This document shows positions 12,901 through 24,859 of a DNA stretch of 64,000 nt, in pieces. The stretch is taken from NCBI GenBank assembly GCA_036785375.1, contig JAWMAR010002538.1, positions 62,001-126,000 on the forward strand. Direction: 5' to 3'. The DNA comes from Leucoraja ocellata. Lineage: Eukaryota. Below the pieces are notes generated by a model. That model was not told the DNA's origin. It searched no databases and saw nothing but the letters and a program-made list of their open reading frames with translations. The stretch's first letter is position 1. Every line of letters begins with the position of its first letter. The position numbers and the translations under genes are program-made.

Positions 12901-13537
12901 GGCCATAATTCTGAGTCTGCCTTGAAAGACGACTCTGATCATATTTCCGTGCCCAGCTTTCAAGCTACCACCGGATTCAGTGAACCGCTTACCCCCTATG
13001 GAGGTGTGGGGTATGTTGTCGCCTACTGATGAAGTTTTGCTTGTCGTTGGTACCTAGATTGGCCCGACAGCTTTTGCTTCCTTCTTCTGGTCTTACCTGA
13101 AGAGAGGATTCGGCGGCTGGTAGCGCTCCCTTGCCGGCATTGTAGCGTGCGGATATTCTGCCAACTGCTGGCTCTTGAGGCCATATGCATGTGCTTCAGT
13201 ATGTTCATACTTTAAATTCGAGACCAGTTACCTACTGATCACTCACACTCCCCTCCACTGAGAGTGAGATTCGTGGGCAGCCCTGAAAACAGGTGCTGCC
13301 GCAGGCCCCTGAGGATACCTGCGCTGACATGGCCCTTCCAGTGGACCTAAATTAGGTTCTAGCTTTGGGTCAGACTGAAACGGACCGTGAATGCTCCTCT
13401 CCTCAGAGCAGGAGACATTTGTGCAGCCCTGAAACAGGTGCTGCTGCCTGCGGGTTCTCCATAATACCCGGGCTGTCAATTAGCTAGATCTCCATCCAGG
13501 GAAGCACCCAGTGGAACCTGGATGATTGCAGAAGTAC

Positions 13538-13650
13538 TTATTTTCTGTTGTTTGTATGGAAGCTTATTATTCCTTTTATGTAAAGTACTTTGGTGTCAAT
13601 GCGAGTTGACTTGAACAGCGCAATATAAGTAAAACTTACTTACTTACTTC
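13538..13650 (+). mobile_element. L2-type LINE 3' end with (ACTT)n tail, inserted in the DIRS 5' region
   Basis: tgtaaagtactttgg...cagcgcaatataagtaaaacttacttacttactt resembles the L2 3' stem-loop and tail. Confidence 0.6.
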
Positions 13651-14764
13651 CTTTCTTCTGCTTGTCCCTGGGAAGGTTTCCCCCCCTCTTCTTTTGTACT
13701 CTGATTCAGAGTGTTTTCTTCCATATGTAGTTCCCCCTCCAATGGGGAAGACATTGGGCTGCCCTATGTGCGAGGCTGCTGGCGCGGCCTGCTGTAGGCC
13801 CCGGGCTGATACTGCTCCCTCCTTCAGAGCAGATCAGTGTTGGAGCAACTTCTCCATAAGTTGCTCCATGTGGGAGAAGTCGTCCTCAGACGCTCTCCGT
13901 TGAGGGAGGGTATCCCTCTTCCCCGGACTCATCTGAGTCAACGGGTTTGTTAGACATGCGGGTGGTATTATGTCCCGCAGGACAACCATGGAGCTGCTCC
14001 TCCTGCACGAAGTCTCCTGCCGATTCTGCTGTCGGCGCTAATGTAGGGAACAAGACCGTCGCCCGCTACTTGGAATGCTGCGGTCTTCGGCAGCCGACAT
14101 CCCCGCGGGCCGTCTCCTCGACATCTGGGCTCTGAAACTACAAAAAAGCTTCAAGCCCAAAAGAACGCAGGTAAGTAGTTCAACTTTCCTTACCTGCCCA
14201 TCCCGACGGCTGGGAGGACACAGTGCCTGCCAGTCCGTCGTGCGCGTTGCGTTCAGACGTAATGACGCGCACGCAGACGGACGGCCCTTCTTCACGTAGT
14301 CACTCACGTGACTCCGAAGTAAAATTGTGTATTTTTCCCTTACATTCGACCTCCCAAAGTGCTACACCTCACATTTGGTCGGATTAAACTCTATCTGTCA
14401 TTTTCCCGCCCCTTCTGTAGAGGTTCTTTTTCCCACTGTATACTTTGACAGCCATCCTCACAGTCCACAAGCCCAGCAATCTCGGTGTGATCTGCAAACT
14501 TAATTGGTCATAACATTTCTTCCGTCTTACCCCTGGATATGTGCTCTTCATGGTTGTGTGCTCAGTCTACTTCTCTATTCCTTGTACACCAATGGCAATT
14601 TAACCAGTACAATGCCAATGTGATATTAAAACACAAACTGCTGGAGGAACTCAGCAGTGGGACACGGACAGATAATGTTTAGGGTCAGGATTCTTCTTCT
14701 TCATAATATGAGCTACCATGTTTGAAAATAGTGGTTTTAAATGACCTGGGAACATAAGACTCTT

Positions 14765-14978
14765 GATAAAATGCTTGAATAACTCAGCGGGACAGGCAGC
14801 GTCGATACAGAGAAGGAATGGGTAACATTTCGGGTCGAGACCCTTCTTGGTCTAAAGAAGGGTCTCGACCCGAAACATCATCCATTCCTTCTCTCCAGGG
14901 ATCCTGTTTATCCCGCTGAGTTACTCCAGCATTTTGTGGCCATCTTTGGTTCAAACCAGCATCTGCAGTTCCTTCCTA
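14765..14978 (+). mobile_element. Palindromic Penelope-derived element with hammerhead-like motif
   Basis: Inverted arms centred near 14848; near-TSD aacataagactctt / aacattatactctt. Confidence 0.75.
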
Positions 14979-15499
14979 AACATTATACTCTTAGTCCTGC
15001 CTCACAGCTCCATATCCCTTCTTTTCAGCATCTTATTAGATGTTTTGCTTGTGTTTCTGGCTATTTCCTCAGACAACAAATCGCTTTCATCTCTGTCATA
15101 TCCTTAGATAGAGGCCCAGACTGGCCCATTTTGCACCTCCGTGCAGCTAAATCTTTTGACCATAACTGTTTCCTGTATTGCCCTTTCTCAATGAAGACAG
15201 GATTGACACACATAACAAGTACAGACTACCGATGCTCATTAGACTAATTTCAGTCTTATTAAGGAGGAGGAATGTGGATAGCTAACATCTATATTCAGGT
15301 TTTAATTTGCAGTTAATTTGTTGCAGTAGCTCGAGCAGTAATTGTGGCGTGTAGAAGTTGACGAATGAGCCACTGACAGCTGCCCTGGGAACATTTACTC
15401 CCCTCCTCCTAGTAGCCAAGCTGCGGAATTACTGTGTCAACAGTCACGCACCAGTAGAGACTTATAGACTTTGTAAGAAACAGAACATTCTTTAGGTAG

Positions 15500-16410
15500 G
15501 TTTATGTTTAGGCTTATTGTTATTTTCACATGTACTGAGGTACAGTGAGAGGCTTTGTTTTTGCACGCTATCCAATCAAATCAGATAATACTGTACATAA
15601 ATACAATCAAGCGGAATTAAATTACAATAGACACAGAAAAGGAAAAGATTATCTTTAAGTCACATTTAGTTTAGTTTACTGTCACGTGTACCAAGATACA
15701 GTGAAAAGTTTTGTTGCGTGCTAACCAGTCATCAGAAAGACAATGCATGATTACATTCAAGCCATTTACAGTGTATAGATACATGATAGGGGAATAACGT
15801 TTAGTGCAAGGTAAAGCCAGCAAAGTCCGATCAAGGATAGTCCGAGGGTCTCGAGGGTAGAATTCAGAATATAGTTCACAGCATGGTAGTGTACCAGTTC
15901 CATAGACAAAGCCCAATGTTCACAGTGAGGTAGAGGAGAATCGGTCAGGACCCTTAAGGATCGTTCAGAAGTCTGATGTAGAGGTGAAGGGGATTGGGGA
16001 GAAGGAACAATCGGGGTGGGAATGATCTTTGATTATGTTGACTCCTTTCCTGAAGCAGTTTGGCGTGCAGATGGAGTCAATGGTCGGGAGTCTGGCCTCT
16101 GTGATGTATTGAGCTACATTCACTATTCTCTGCATTTTCTTGGGCAGAGCTGTTGCGAAAATCAAATTGTGATGCAACCCGACAGCATGTTTTCTATGGT
16201 GCATCAGTAGAGGTTTGTAACAGTCGTTGGAGGCATGCCACATTTCCTCAGTCTCCCGTGGAAGAAGTATTTGTGTGCCTTATCGGCTATTGTTTCAATG
16301 TTGGTCCACAAGGGATTGTTGGTAAGATTTAAGTCAAGGAACTTGAAGCTCTCAACCATTACATTTCGGCACAGCGAATGCTGATCAAGGCATGCACTCC
16401 TCCACACTTC
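15500..16410 (-). mobile_element. Rex1/Babar LINE fragments (two nested 3' ends plus RT C-terminus)
   Basis: VESFKFLDLNLTNNPLWTNIE and KMQRIVNVAQYIT; shared 3' UTR. Confidence 0.8.
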
Positions 16411-17635
16411 CCGAAATCCTGAAGTAGATCATTTGTTTCTAGTTTTCAAATGTGAAGAATTCTTGAGGTATCCTAGATACCACAGCTGTATGATTGTGTT
16501 TAGGGTGTGTATATTGTGTCTTGGGAGCACATTTAATGTTAGATGCCAAACCTTTGAGAAATTAAGGAGATTTAAGAGATTGTTATCTGGAATGGAAGAC
16601 TTAAGCTATGTTGCATAGTACCTTTCAGAACGTGCCAAAATAGCTCACAGGGAATCATGGCAGCTAATCTGGACACAGCAAGGTCCCAAAAACTGTAATG
16701 GACAAAAAAACAAATTACATTTTTAATTATTTGCTGAAGGCTAATATTTAGTTAGAAAGTACAAGATTTGGCAATCACTGAATGTCGATTTTAAGTATAT
16801 TGAATATAGGAGTCAGTAAGTCCGATGGGGGAGATGGCATGCGTGCAGTTAAGGAAGAAGCTTAGTCTAACTTTGATGTGCCCAAGCAACTCTCTGTCAT
16901 CTGTGGATTCAATTGTAAGCTTCAGAGAGATAGGAACATTAAAAAAAAGTGAGAGAACAGAGAGACACCATTGAGCTCATTATTTTAAAAGAGAATTTAC
17001 AACTTCGTGGACTTACTTTAAATTATTTACTTTTCTGAGAAAGACGAATGGCTCAATTTCAAATGGACAAAAGGAGTAAAGAATAGATGCAAGAATATTA
17101 TTCCAAACCCCTTGATACATCAGCTGGACTATAGCGGTTAATTTTAGTGACCATGTTGAATATTAGATGCCAGGCATTTGAGACAATAAAGACATTTATG
17201 TGGGATGGAAGATGTAACTTATTTACAGCCCAGAAAAATGGTGGGAATGGAGGATGTTTAAGTCAAGAAAACATGATGATAAAAATGGAAAGACCTTTCA
17301 GTGAAAGTAGAGTCAGTAAATAGTAGCACACCGAATTATGACTGAGAAAAGAAGAGGGTCCATATGGAAACATTTTTCATAACAGTAGGTTGTGGTCATC
17401 TGGAACACATTGCCTGAGGAGAATTTGAATAATACTTCAAGTAAAAAAAAACTATTGAGGAAAAAAAGCAAAGAAATGGGATTAATTCCTTAGGTTCTCC
17501 AAAATACTGGCACTTGCATAATGGTCTAAATATTGGCCTTTTGTACTGATTCATTGGATAACAGAACCTTTCTCAGTTGCATGACAGAACTTATTCCCAC
17601 TTCTTCAGGAACCACAATATCTGGAATCCAGTTAG

Positions 17636-18357
17636 CATAGAAATATTGGTGCAGGAGTAGGCCATTCGGCCCTTCGAGCCAGCACTGCCATTCAATATGA
17701 TCATGCTGATCATCTAAAATCAAGTCCCTGTTCCTGCTTTTCCCCCCATATCCCTTGAATCCTTTAGCTCAAAGAGCTAAATCTAACTGTCTTGAAAACA
17801 TCCAGTGAATTGTCCTCCACTGACTGCTAGTGACAGAGAATTCCACAGATTCACAACTCTCTGAGTGAAGATGTCTTTCCTTGTCTCCGTTCTAAATGGC
17901 CTACCCCTTATTCTTAAACTGTGACCCCTGCTTCTGGACTCCCCCAAAATCAGAAACAAGTTTCCTGCATCTAGCCTGTCCAATCATTTCAGAATTTTAC
18001 ATGTTTCCATAAGATCCCCTCTCATCATAAATTCCAGTGAATTCAAGCCCAGTCGACCCATTCTTTCATCATATGTCAGTCCCGCCATCCCGGGAATTAA
18101 CCTGGTGAACCTACGCTGCACTCCCTCAATAGTAATAATGTCCTTCCTCAAATTAGGAGACCAAAATTGCGTACAATACTCCAGGTGCGGTCTCACCAGG
18201 GCCCTCTACAGCTGCAATAGGACCTCCTTGCTCCTAAACTCAAATCCTCTTGCAATGAAGGCCAACATGCCATTAGCTTTCTTCACTGCCTGCCGTACCT
18301 GCACGCTTACTTTTAATGACTGATGTACAAGCACACCCAGGTCTCATTGCACCTTCC
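17636..18357 (-). mobile_element. 5'-truncated CR1 LINE
   Basis: ORFs 17783-17983 and 17984-18196 encode the CR1 ORF2 C-terminus. Confidence 0.92.
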
Positions 18358-18394
18358 CCACTAGTCCCCCATGCAGCAAGAGTTGATGAACTAA

Positions 18395-18880
18395 AAGGTC
18401 TGTCCCACGAGTATGCGACTGCATGCGGCAAACGCTACCAAACCGGAAGCGGGGGCCACGGGGAGGTCGAGTGATCTCCGTACAGGGCCGGTCCCACCAG
18501 CATGCGCCCGCATGTGACGAACGCAACCAAACCGGAAGCGGAGGCCGCGCAGAGGTCGAGTGATCCCGTATGAGTTGACGTGAAGTTCGAGCGAAGGCGT
18601 ACGCTGTCAAGACGCTGCGTACAGCGTCGAGACGCTGCGCACGACCGTCGAGGCGGTGCGTATGGCGTCGAGGCAGCTGCGGGCCGGCAGGCCGTTGCCG
18701 CGCAGAATTTGTGGACAGTGTCAGTTTTTTGGAGCCCCGCGCGATGTCGGGACCAGCGCCGCACAACTCCATACGGCTCCGGCGATCAAAGTGGGACCGG
18801 CCCCGCGAGGCCATACGGCTCAAGCGACCACGTTAGGTCGCGCTTGCAGCATGCAGTCGCATGCTCGTGGGACAGGCCCT
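18395..18880. mobile_element. Non-autonomous PIF/Harbinger MITE; ~40-bp imperfect TIRs; TAA TSD
   Basis: aaggtctgtcccacgagtatgcgactgcatgc vs gcatgcagtcgcatgctcgtgggacaggccct; TAA at 18392-18394 and 18881-18883. Confidence 0.85.
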
Positions 18881-19084
18881 TAAGACTTCGGCTTAACCAG
18901 CCCTGTAGGCCCAGGTCTAGTTACTTGGAGAAGATGCGCCAAATAGTGAAGGCCGGTCATTTCAAATGCAAGCACTTATCAATATTACACTGAACGAACA
19001 ATGTTTTCATTTGAGCAGTGTGCTAAATAAACTCTTGATCCTCATAATCACAGATGGTTCATTGCACAGGATGACACCATTAGG

Positions 19085-19279
19085 ACTATAGTCTCTTCAC
19101 ATTGTGTTTTTTGATATTTTGTCTTTGGAGCGATTTCTGTCTTTAATTTGTGTATTGGTGATGTCCTTATTATTTATTTTACTCCGACTATATGATTTTT
19201 CTCTTTTGTTAATTTCTGTAAGGTGTCCTTGAGACTTTGAAAGGCGCCCGCAAATAAAATTTATTATTATTATTATTAT
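19085..19279 (+). mobile_element. L2-type LINE 3' end with (ATT)n tail
   Basis: ctgtaaggtgtccttgagactttgaaaggcgcccgcaaataaaatttattattatt. Confidence 0.65.
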
Positions 19280-20617
19280 GCAAGTTGAAGAAGTGTTTTC
19301 CAGTCCAATACTACCAGCTAGCAGTCTCTAGCATATCAAATTCTCATCCCAGCACTATCCCACAGTGAGAGATTCTGCTATTATTCGTTGAGGCAGACAG
19401 CTCCAGCACACTCTGCTCAAACTTCTCAGAATACGCTAGTTGTAACCCAGAAGAGACCACTTGGCTTAATTAGTCTATTTTGGTGTTTATGCTTCAGTGA
19501 GGCTGCAATCGGTGAAAGCAGTGCAGAGGCACGGAGCAATGGTGGAGGACATTGACACATGGCCTGGCCAGGCCGACCCCTGCAACACTGATCCAGCGGC
19601 GCCACCAGGACAGTGGGCGTACATCGTCTAATTAAGACTAAAATGTTTGTGAATTTCAGACATGAAGGGTACAGGGTGGTAACACGTGTGTATGAACCCA
19701 GTGTGTACACACTTATACTTCGCATGATTGTGTCTAATGTATAGCGGGATTCTCACTGAACACTGGGCAAAAAAATAATCTCCCTGTATTTAGGCACCAG
19801 TGACCATTAATCCCAATTCTGTCTGCTGCTTTCCATTAATCTTTAAGAATCATGTTTAGTAGACCTTTTGTTTTGTGATGAAGGGAGAAAAATGCATTGA
19901 AAAATAAAACCAAATTAGAGTACTGAGAAAAATAATACAATGTGGTCCCTTGAATAATCAAATTCCTCTGATATCTATCCCATTTTTTTCATGGAACTAC
20001 TTTTAAGTCAGATACGATGAGTATTGCACCATTTAAACAATCTTATAATATTCAGACAATCTAATTTAGTGGCTGAAATAAAAAGAACCATTTTTTAAAA
20101 GATTATATGTCATTGCAGAAGCAGTTGGCTTTCAATCAACATGTCGAAGTACAAAACAAGGAAAGTTCACCGCACTGCACTCGAACTGTCAGCAAATGAA
20201 GCAATACATCAGGCTGTTCACCACATGCTCCCAGCAGGGTCTCACTACAAAGAAACTTACTCACCTCACACAAATCTCTTATCTTACTGCGATTCACAAT
20301 ACATATTTCAAATAAATTATGACAAAGGACCTGTTTATTTGTTTTACAAAGCTGAATGCCAGTAATTTTATACAAACATGTGGTCATTGGTGTGAGATGA
20401 TATCTTCACAACCTTTGGCACTTAGTAACCCAGAGTAACACGCAAGGCGCCCTTTTAAAACTATACAGACAGAAGAACTGACAAGAGAATACTTCCTATC
20501 CTATATGAGGGAAAGAATTGTTATCAATTGACACTGATAAACTTTTCCTTCCTTTTTGGTTTTCTTTCACACTCTATTGCTTAAATTTCAGGCTAATTCT
20601 AAGATTTTTTGTCGGGA

Positions 20618-21858
20618 ATGTTTTTTGAAGAGGTTACTAGGGAAATTGACGAGGGTAAAGCAGTGGATGTTGTCTATATGGACTTTAGTAAGGCCTTTGA
20701 CAAGGTTCCTCATGGAAGGTTGGTTAAGAAGGTTCAACTGTTGGGTATAAATGCAGGAGTAGCAAGATGGATTCAACAGTGGCTGAATGGGAGAAGCCAG
20801 AGGGTAATGGTGGATGGTTGTTTGTCGGGTTGGAGGCAGGTGACTAGTGGGGTGCCTCAGGAATCGGTGTTGGGTCCTTTGTTGTTTGTCATGTACATCA
20901 ATGATCTGGATGAAGGTGTGGTAAATTGGATTAGTAAGTATGCAGATGATACCAAGATAGGGGGTGTTTTGGATAATGAAGAGGATTTCCAAAGTCTACA
21001 GAGTGATTTAAGCCATTTGGAAGAATGGGCTGAAAGATGGCAGATGGAGTTTAATGCTGATAAATGTGAGGTGCTACACCTTGGCAGGACAATTCAAAAT
21101 AGGATGTACATGGTAAATGGTAGGGAATTGAAGAATACAGTTGAACAGAGGGATCTGGGAATAACCGTGCATAGTTCCTTGAAGGTGGAATCTCATATAG
21201 ATAGGGTGGTAAAGAAAGTTTTTGGTATGCTAGCCTTTATAAATCAGAGCATTGAGTATAGAAGCTGGGATGTAATGTTAAAATTGTACAAGGCATTGGT
21301 GAGACCAAATCTGGAGTATGGTGTACAATTTTGGTCGCCCAATTATAGGAAGGATGTCAACAAAATAGAGAGAGTACAGAGGAGATTTACTAGAATGTTG
21401 CCTGGGTTTCAACAACTAAGTTACAGAGAAAGGTTGAATAAGTTAGGTCTTTATTCTCTGGAGCGCAGAAGGTTAAGGGGGGACTTGATAGAGGTCTTTA
21501 AAATGATGAGAGGGATAGACAGAGTTGATGTGGATCATCTTTTCTTTTTGAGAATAGGGAAGATTCAAACAAGAGGACATGACTTCAGAATTAAGGGACA
21601 GAAGTTTAGGGGTAACATGAGGGGGAACTTCTTTACTCAGAGTGGTAGCGGTGTGGAATGAGCTTCCAGTGGAAGTGGTGGAGGCAGGTTCGTTGGTATC
21701 ATTTAAAAATAAATTGGATAGGCATATGGATGAGAAGGAATGGAGGGTTATGGTATGAGTGCAGGCAGGTGGGACTACGGGAAAAAAGTTGTTCGGCACG
21801 GACTTGTAGGGCCGAGATGGCCTGTTTCCGTGCTGTAATTGTTATATGGTTATATGGT
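20618..21858 (+). mobile_element. 5'-truncated CR1 LINE (second subfamily, (TTATATGG)n tail) with near-intact RT
   Basis: 350-aa ORF 20609-21661 with YMDFSKAFDKVPH, GVPQ and YADD; close copy at 47337-49274. Confidence 0.95.
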
Positions 21859-21934
21859 TAATGTGGAAATGAATACATGCTAGTAGAGTTGGACATTTAG
21901 CCACTAATACCCAGTTTCTTCCAATTGAGATTTT

Positions 21935-22155
21935 GACTGCTGTATGACTCAGCTTCTAGCTCCCTATGACTGCACTGATTTTCTCCCATTTCCTCCCACG
22001 TTCCAAAGACGTTTGCAGGTTTGTACGTTAATTGGCTTCTGATTGGCCCTCGCGTGTAGGATAGAACTAGTCTACAGGTGATCACTGATCGGCAATAGAT
22101 CGATGGGCTGCAGGGCCCGTTTTCACACTAACTCTAAAACTAAAATCTAAAACCT
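21935..22155 (+). mobile_element. Degenerate V-SINE
   Basis: tttcctcccacgttccaaagacgt V-domain end, CR1-like tail and (CTAAAA) repeats. Confidence 0.7.
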
Positions 22156-23164
22156 CTAATCTTTTACATTTCTACTCGTCCTAGATTTACAATGAAAAAT
22201 AGTTTTTCTCCATTCATCTAATCTGTCAATTTTTTCTTGAAAACCTCAATAAAATCATCCTTTCCCTTTGTAAATTGAAGGGATCAATCCCCTTGCTTGT
22301 CCGTTATTACTTGGTATGATAAGGTACTTTATTTGTCCCGTGTACCAAGGTACAGTGAAATTCATTTTTGTATGCAGTACAGTACAAGTATTACTATACA
22401 TAAGCACTTGGGGTACATTAGAATTTAATCCTTAGAATTCTAATACTGTTCTGGTAAATCTAGGCTGCACTCTTGCCCAGGACAATTAAAATAAACTAAA
22501 ACAATGGGCAGAACTAAATACTGCAATACTGCATGTTATGAGGGGAAAAAAACCTCACATCTTCTTTCCTGTAATGCACACATTTATACTTTTTCTACTA
22601 GGAGCTGCCTCGATCTACTATTTGTTCTTCACTATAGTTGTTATCACTTCTTCATCCAACTACAACATTAATGTCCATTTAATCTTTCCTGCACTCCACC
22701 CCATTACGGAACTTCCCATTTTCCCCTCTCCTTAAAAGGTTTCTCTTTATCTTCCTTGGTTTTGATGAAGTCATGAAATGTTAACTATTCCTCTCTATAG
22801 ATTCTGTATGGTGGTTTCCGTAATTCCTGTTCAACTAATTTCAACTCCATGCGGATCTTCGGTACAGTTTCAAAATTCTGAATAGTTTTATAGAATCATT
22901 AATGGCCACAAGATTCATTACATTGAAATCAACTCTTCATTTTTTGTCAATAACCCTTTTGGACGTTGCTTAATTTTCTGCACCATAAAAGGAGGATAAT
23001 TTGTAATTATCTGTGTAAAATTCTTGCCTTCTTCACCATGAACATACAGGAGTGGTTTGACTTGACGAGAATAACATAACAAAAACTAGAGAAGCTGCAA
23101 ATTCAAGGTTAGTTGTATTGTATAAAGGGAAAAGGGGTCTAAAGTTAAGTTTAGTTTTCTAGAG

Positions 23165-23330
23165 ATCAATTAACCTGCAAACCTGAATGCCTTTGGGATG
23201 TTTGGAGGAAACCAGTGCATCTGGATGAAACCCACGTGGTCACAGGAAGAACATGCAAGCCCACCTTGACAGCACCCGAGGTCAGGATTGAACCTGGGTC
23301 ACTGGCACTGTGAGGTAGCAGCTCTACCCG
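23165..23330 (-). mobile_element. Degenerate V-SINE
   Basis: B-box remnant (ggattgaacc on plus) and V-domain. Confidence 0.7.
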
Positions 23331-24455
23331 CATGCAGTGTGGAAAGCTTGCAGGACTCTCACCAACTTATCAGTCAATGTGCACGACATGCATGATGGGT
23401 TCTTCTGCACCATCAAGGTAATTGACAGATATTAGATTTAATCTCAGTGGAGCGAAAAAGGAAGCATACTTATCAAGGAGGGACTGGAGTAATCCCAGCA
23501 GGTCAAGCAGCATTCCTGGAGCATATGGATAGGTGCCAAACTATGCTCTCCAGGAATGCTGCCTGACCCGCTGAGTTACTCCAGCAATTTGTGTTTTTCC
23601 TTGGTAAATCAGCATCCGCAATTCCTTGTTTCTACTTATCAATGAGCAAGAGCCAGTGTCCCTCTGTCCTTCTCCACATAACTGCAGGGTCATTCCAGCA
23701 TTTCCTGGTTTATTTCAGTTTCATTACAATAATTTGTACAGTCTCAAAACACTAAATAGTTCTAGGGAATGTTTTATGGCCACAAAATCGTTTTTGCTTT
23801 ATATTCAAACTTATTGGGACCCTTGGGACTACTTTTGAAGGTCTGCTCTAGCATGTCTTTGACCTGGATGTGAATGCCCTTGACTTTATCCCCCATCAAC
23901 ATATGCAGTCCTGACTCACAGCCACTCCTGTCTGAAAACTGACTGAAACAAGAGATCCCAAGAGAAGCAAGACCTCCGAGGCAGACAGTACTTCTGCTCG
24001 TCAAAGATTTAGTGAGAGCTTGTCGCAAACCCACAATCCCATCATGCACAGCACCAAGTGCTGAAGGTACTCAGCAGATCAGGCAGCATCTGTGGAGGGA
24101 ATGAACAGGCAATGTTTTGGGTCGGGGACCCTTCGTCCAGCACTTTGGGATTTGCTCAAGTTTCTAACTTCAGCAGTTCATTGTGCTTCTGTGATCCAAT
24201 ACCCACCCTGGGAAGGAAATGCTCAGAGACCTTGGAAAATGGAAAGGACACAATTATGACAATATTCAATCAGACAAACTAAATTTAGTATGGTATTAGT
24301 TTATTGTCGGGTGTACCGAGGTATAGTGAAAAGCTTTTGTTTGTGTGCTATCCGATTGAATCAGATCATACAATACATGAATACAATTAAGCAATTGTAC
24401 AACAGATAGTGCAAACAGCACAACAGATAATGCAAAGAGAAAAAGACTGTTCCAT

Positions 24456-24584
24456 GTTTAAAAAAAAACTGCAGATGCTGAAAAAATCGAACATAGCCAA
24501 AATTGCTGGAGAAACTCTGAGGAATTCCTTCACTCCATAGATGCTGCCTCACCCACTGAGTTTCTCCGGCAATTTTGTCTACCT
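24456..24584 (-). mobile_element. Penelope-derived short element with 9-bp TSD CTGTTCCAT
   Basis: TSD at 24447-24455 and 24585-24593; internal inversion. Confidence 0.7.
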
Positions 24585-24859
24585 CTGTTCCATTTAATGA
24601 TTACTTCATGACGGCATGCAAGCCATGTTCCAAATTAAGTTGCCGATCTTCAGAACTAACGAGAAACTATTCAACCTAACTCCAGAACTGAAGACTGCCC
24701 AAACCTCCAGAGTCAAGTTGCAGTCAGCAGTTGGCAGGGGTTGAGCTCAAAACAGTCATCAACTGAAGCATTCAAGTAGATGGTTCTTACAATGAACACC
24801 CACAGGGCGATGGCACTGCTACCCTCCAATGCTAAAGGTTCAAGTTGAGACCCCAGCAA

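Larger units (their letters stand above)
9589..14325 (-). mobile_element. DIRS1-type tyrosine-recombinase retrotransposon, full structure, ORFs decayed
   Basis: ITR core 9666-9697 vs 14262-14294; ICR 9813-9925; YR (HSTRAAS...AAGW...RFYNK, 10112-10875), MT-like domain (PDIDLFASRLNHQLPRY, 10982-11368), RNase H-region remnant, RT (LPNGLTSAPR...MAYLDN, 12080-12298); splits an older CR1. Confidence 0.95.

Noticed and set aside
18344-18993. 100-160 aa ORFs and short repeats suggesting a gene or CRISPR-like array
   Set aside because: They lie within a GC-rich MITE; the repeats are contiguous subterminal motifs without unique spacers, in a eukaryotic context.
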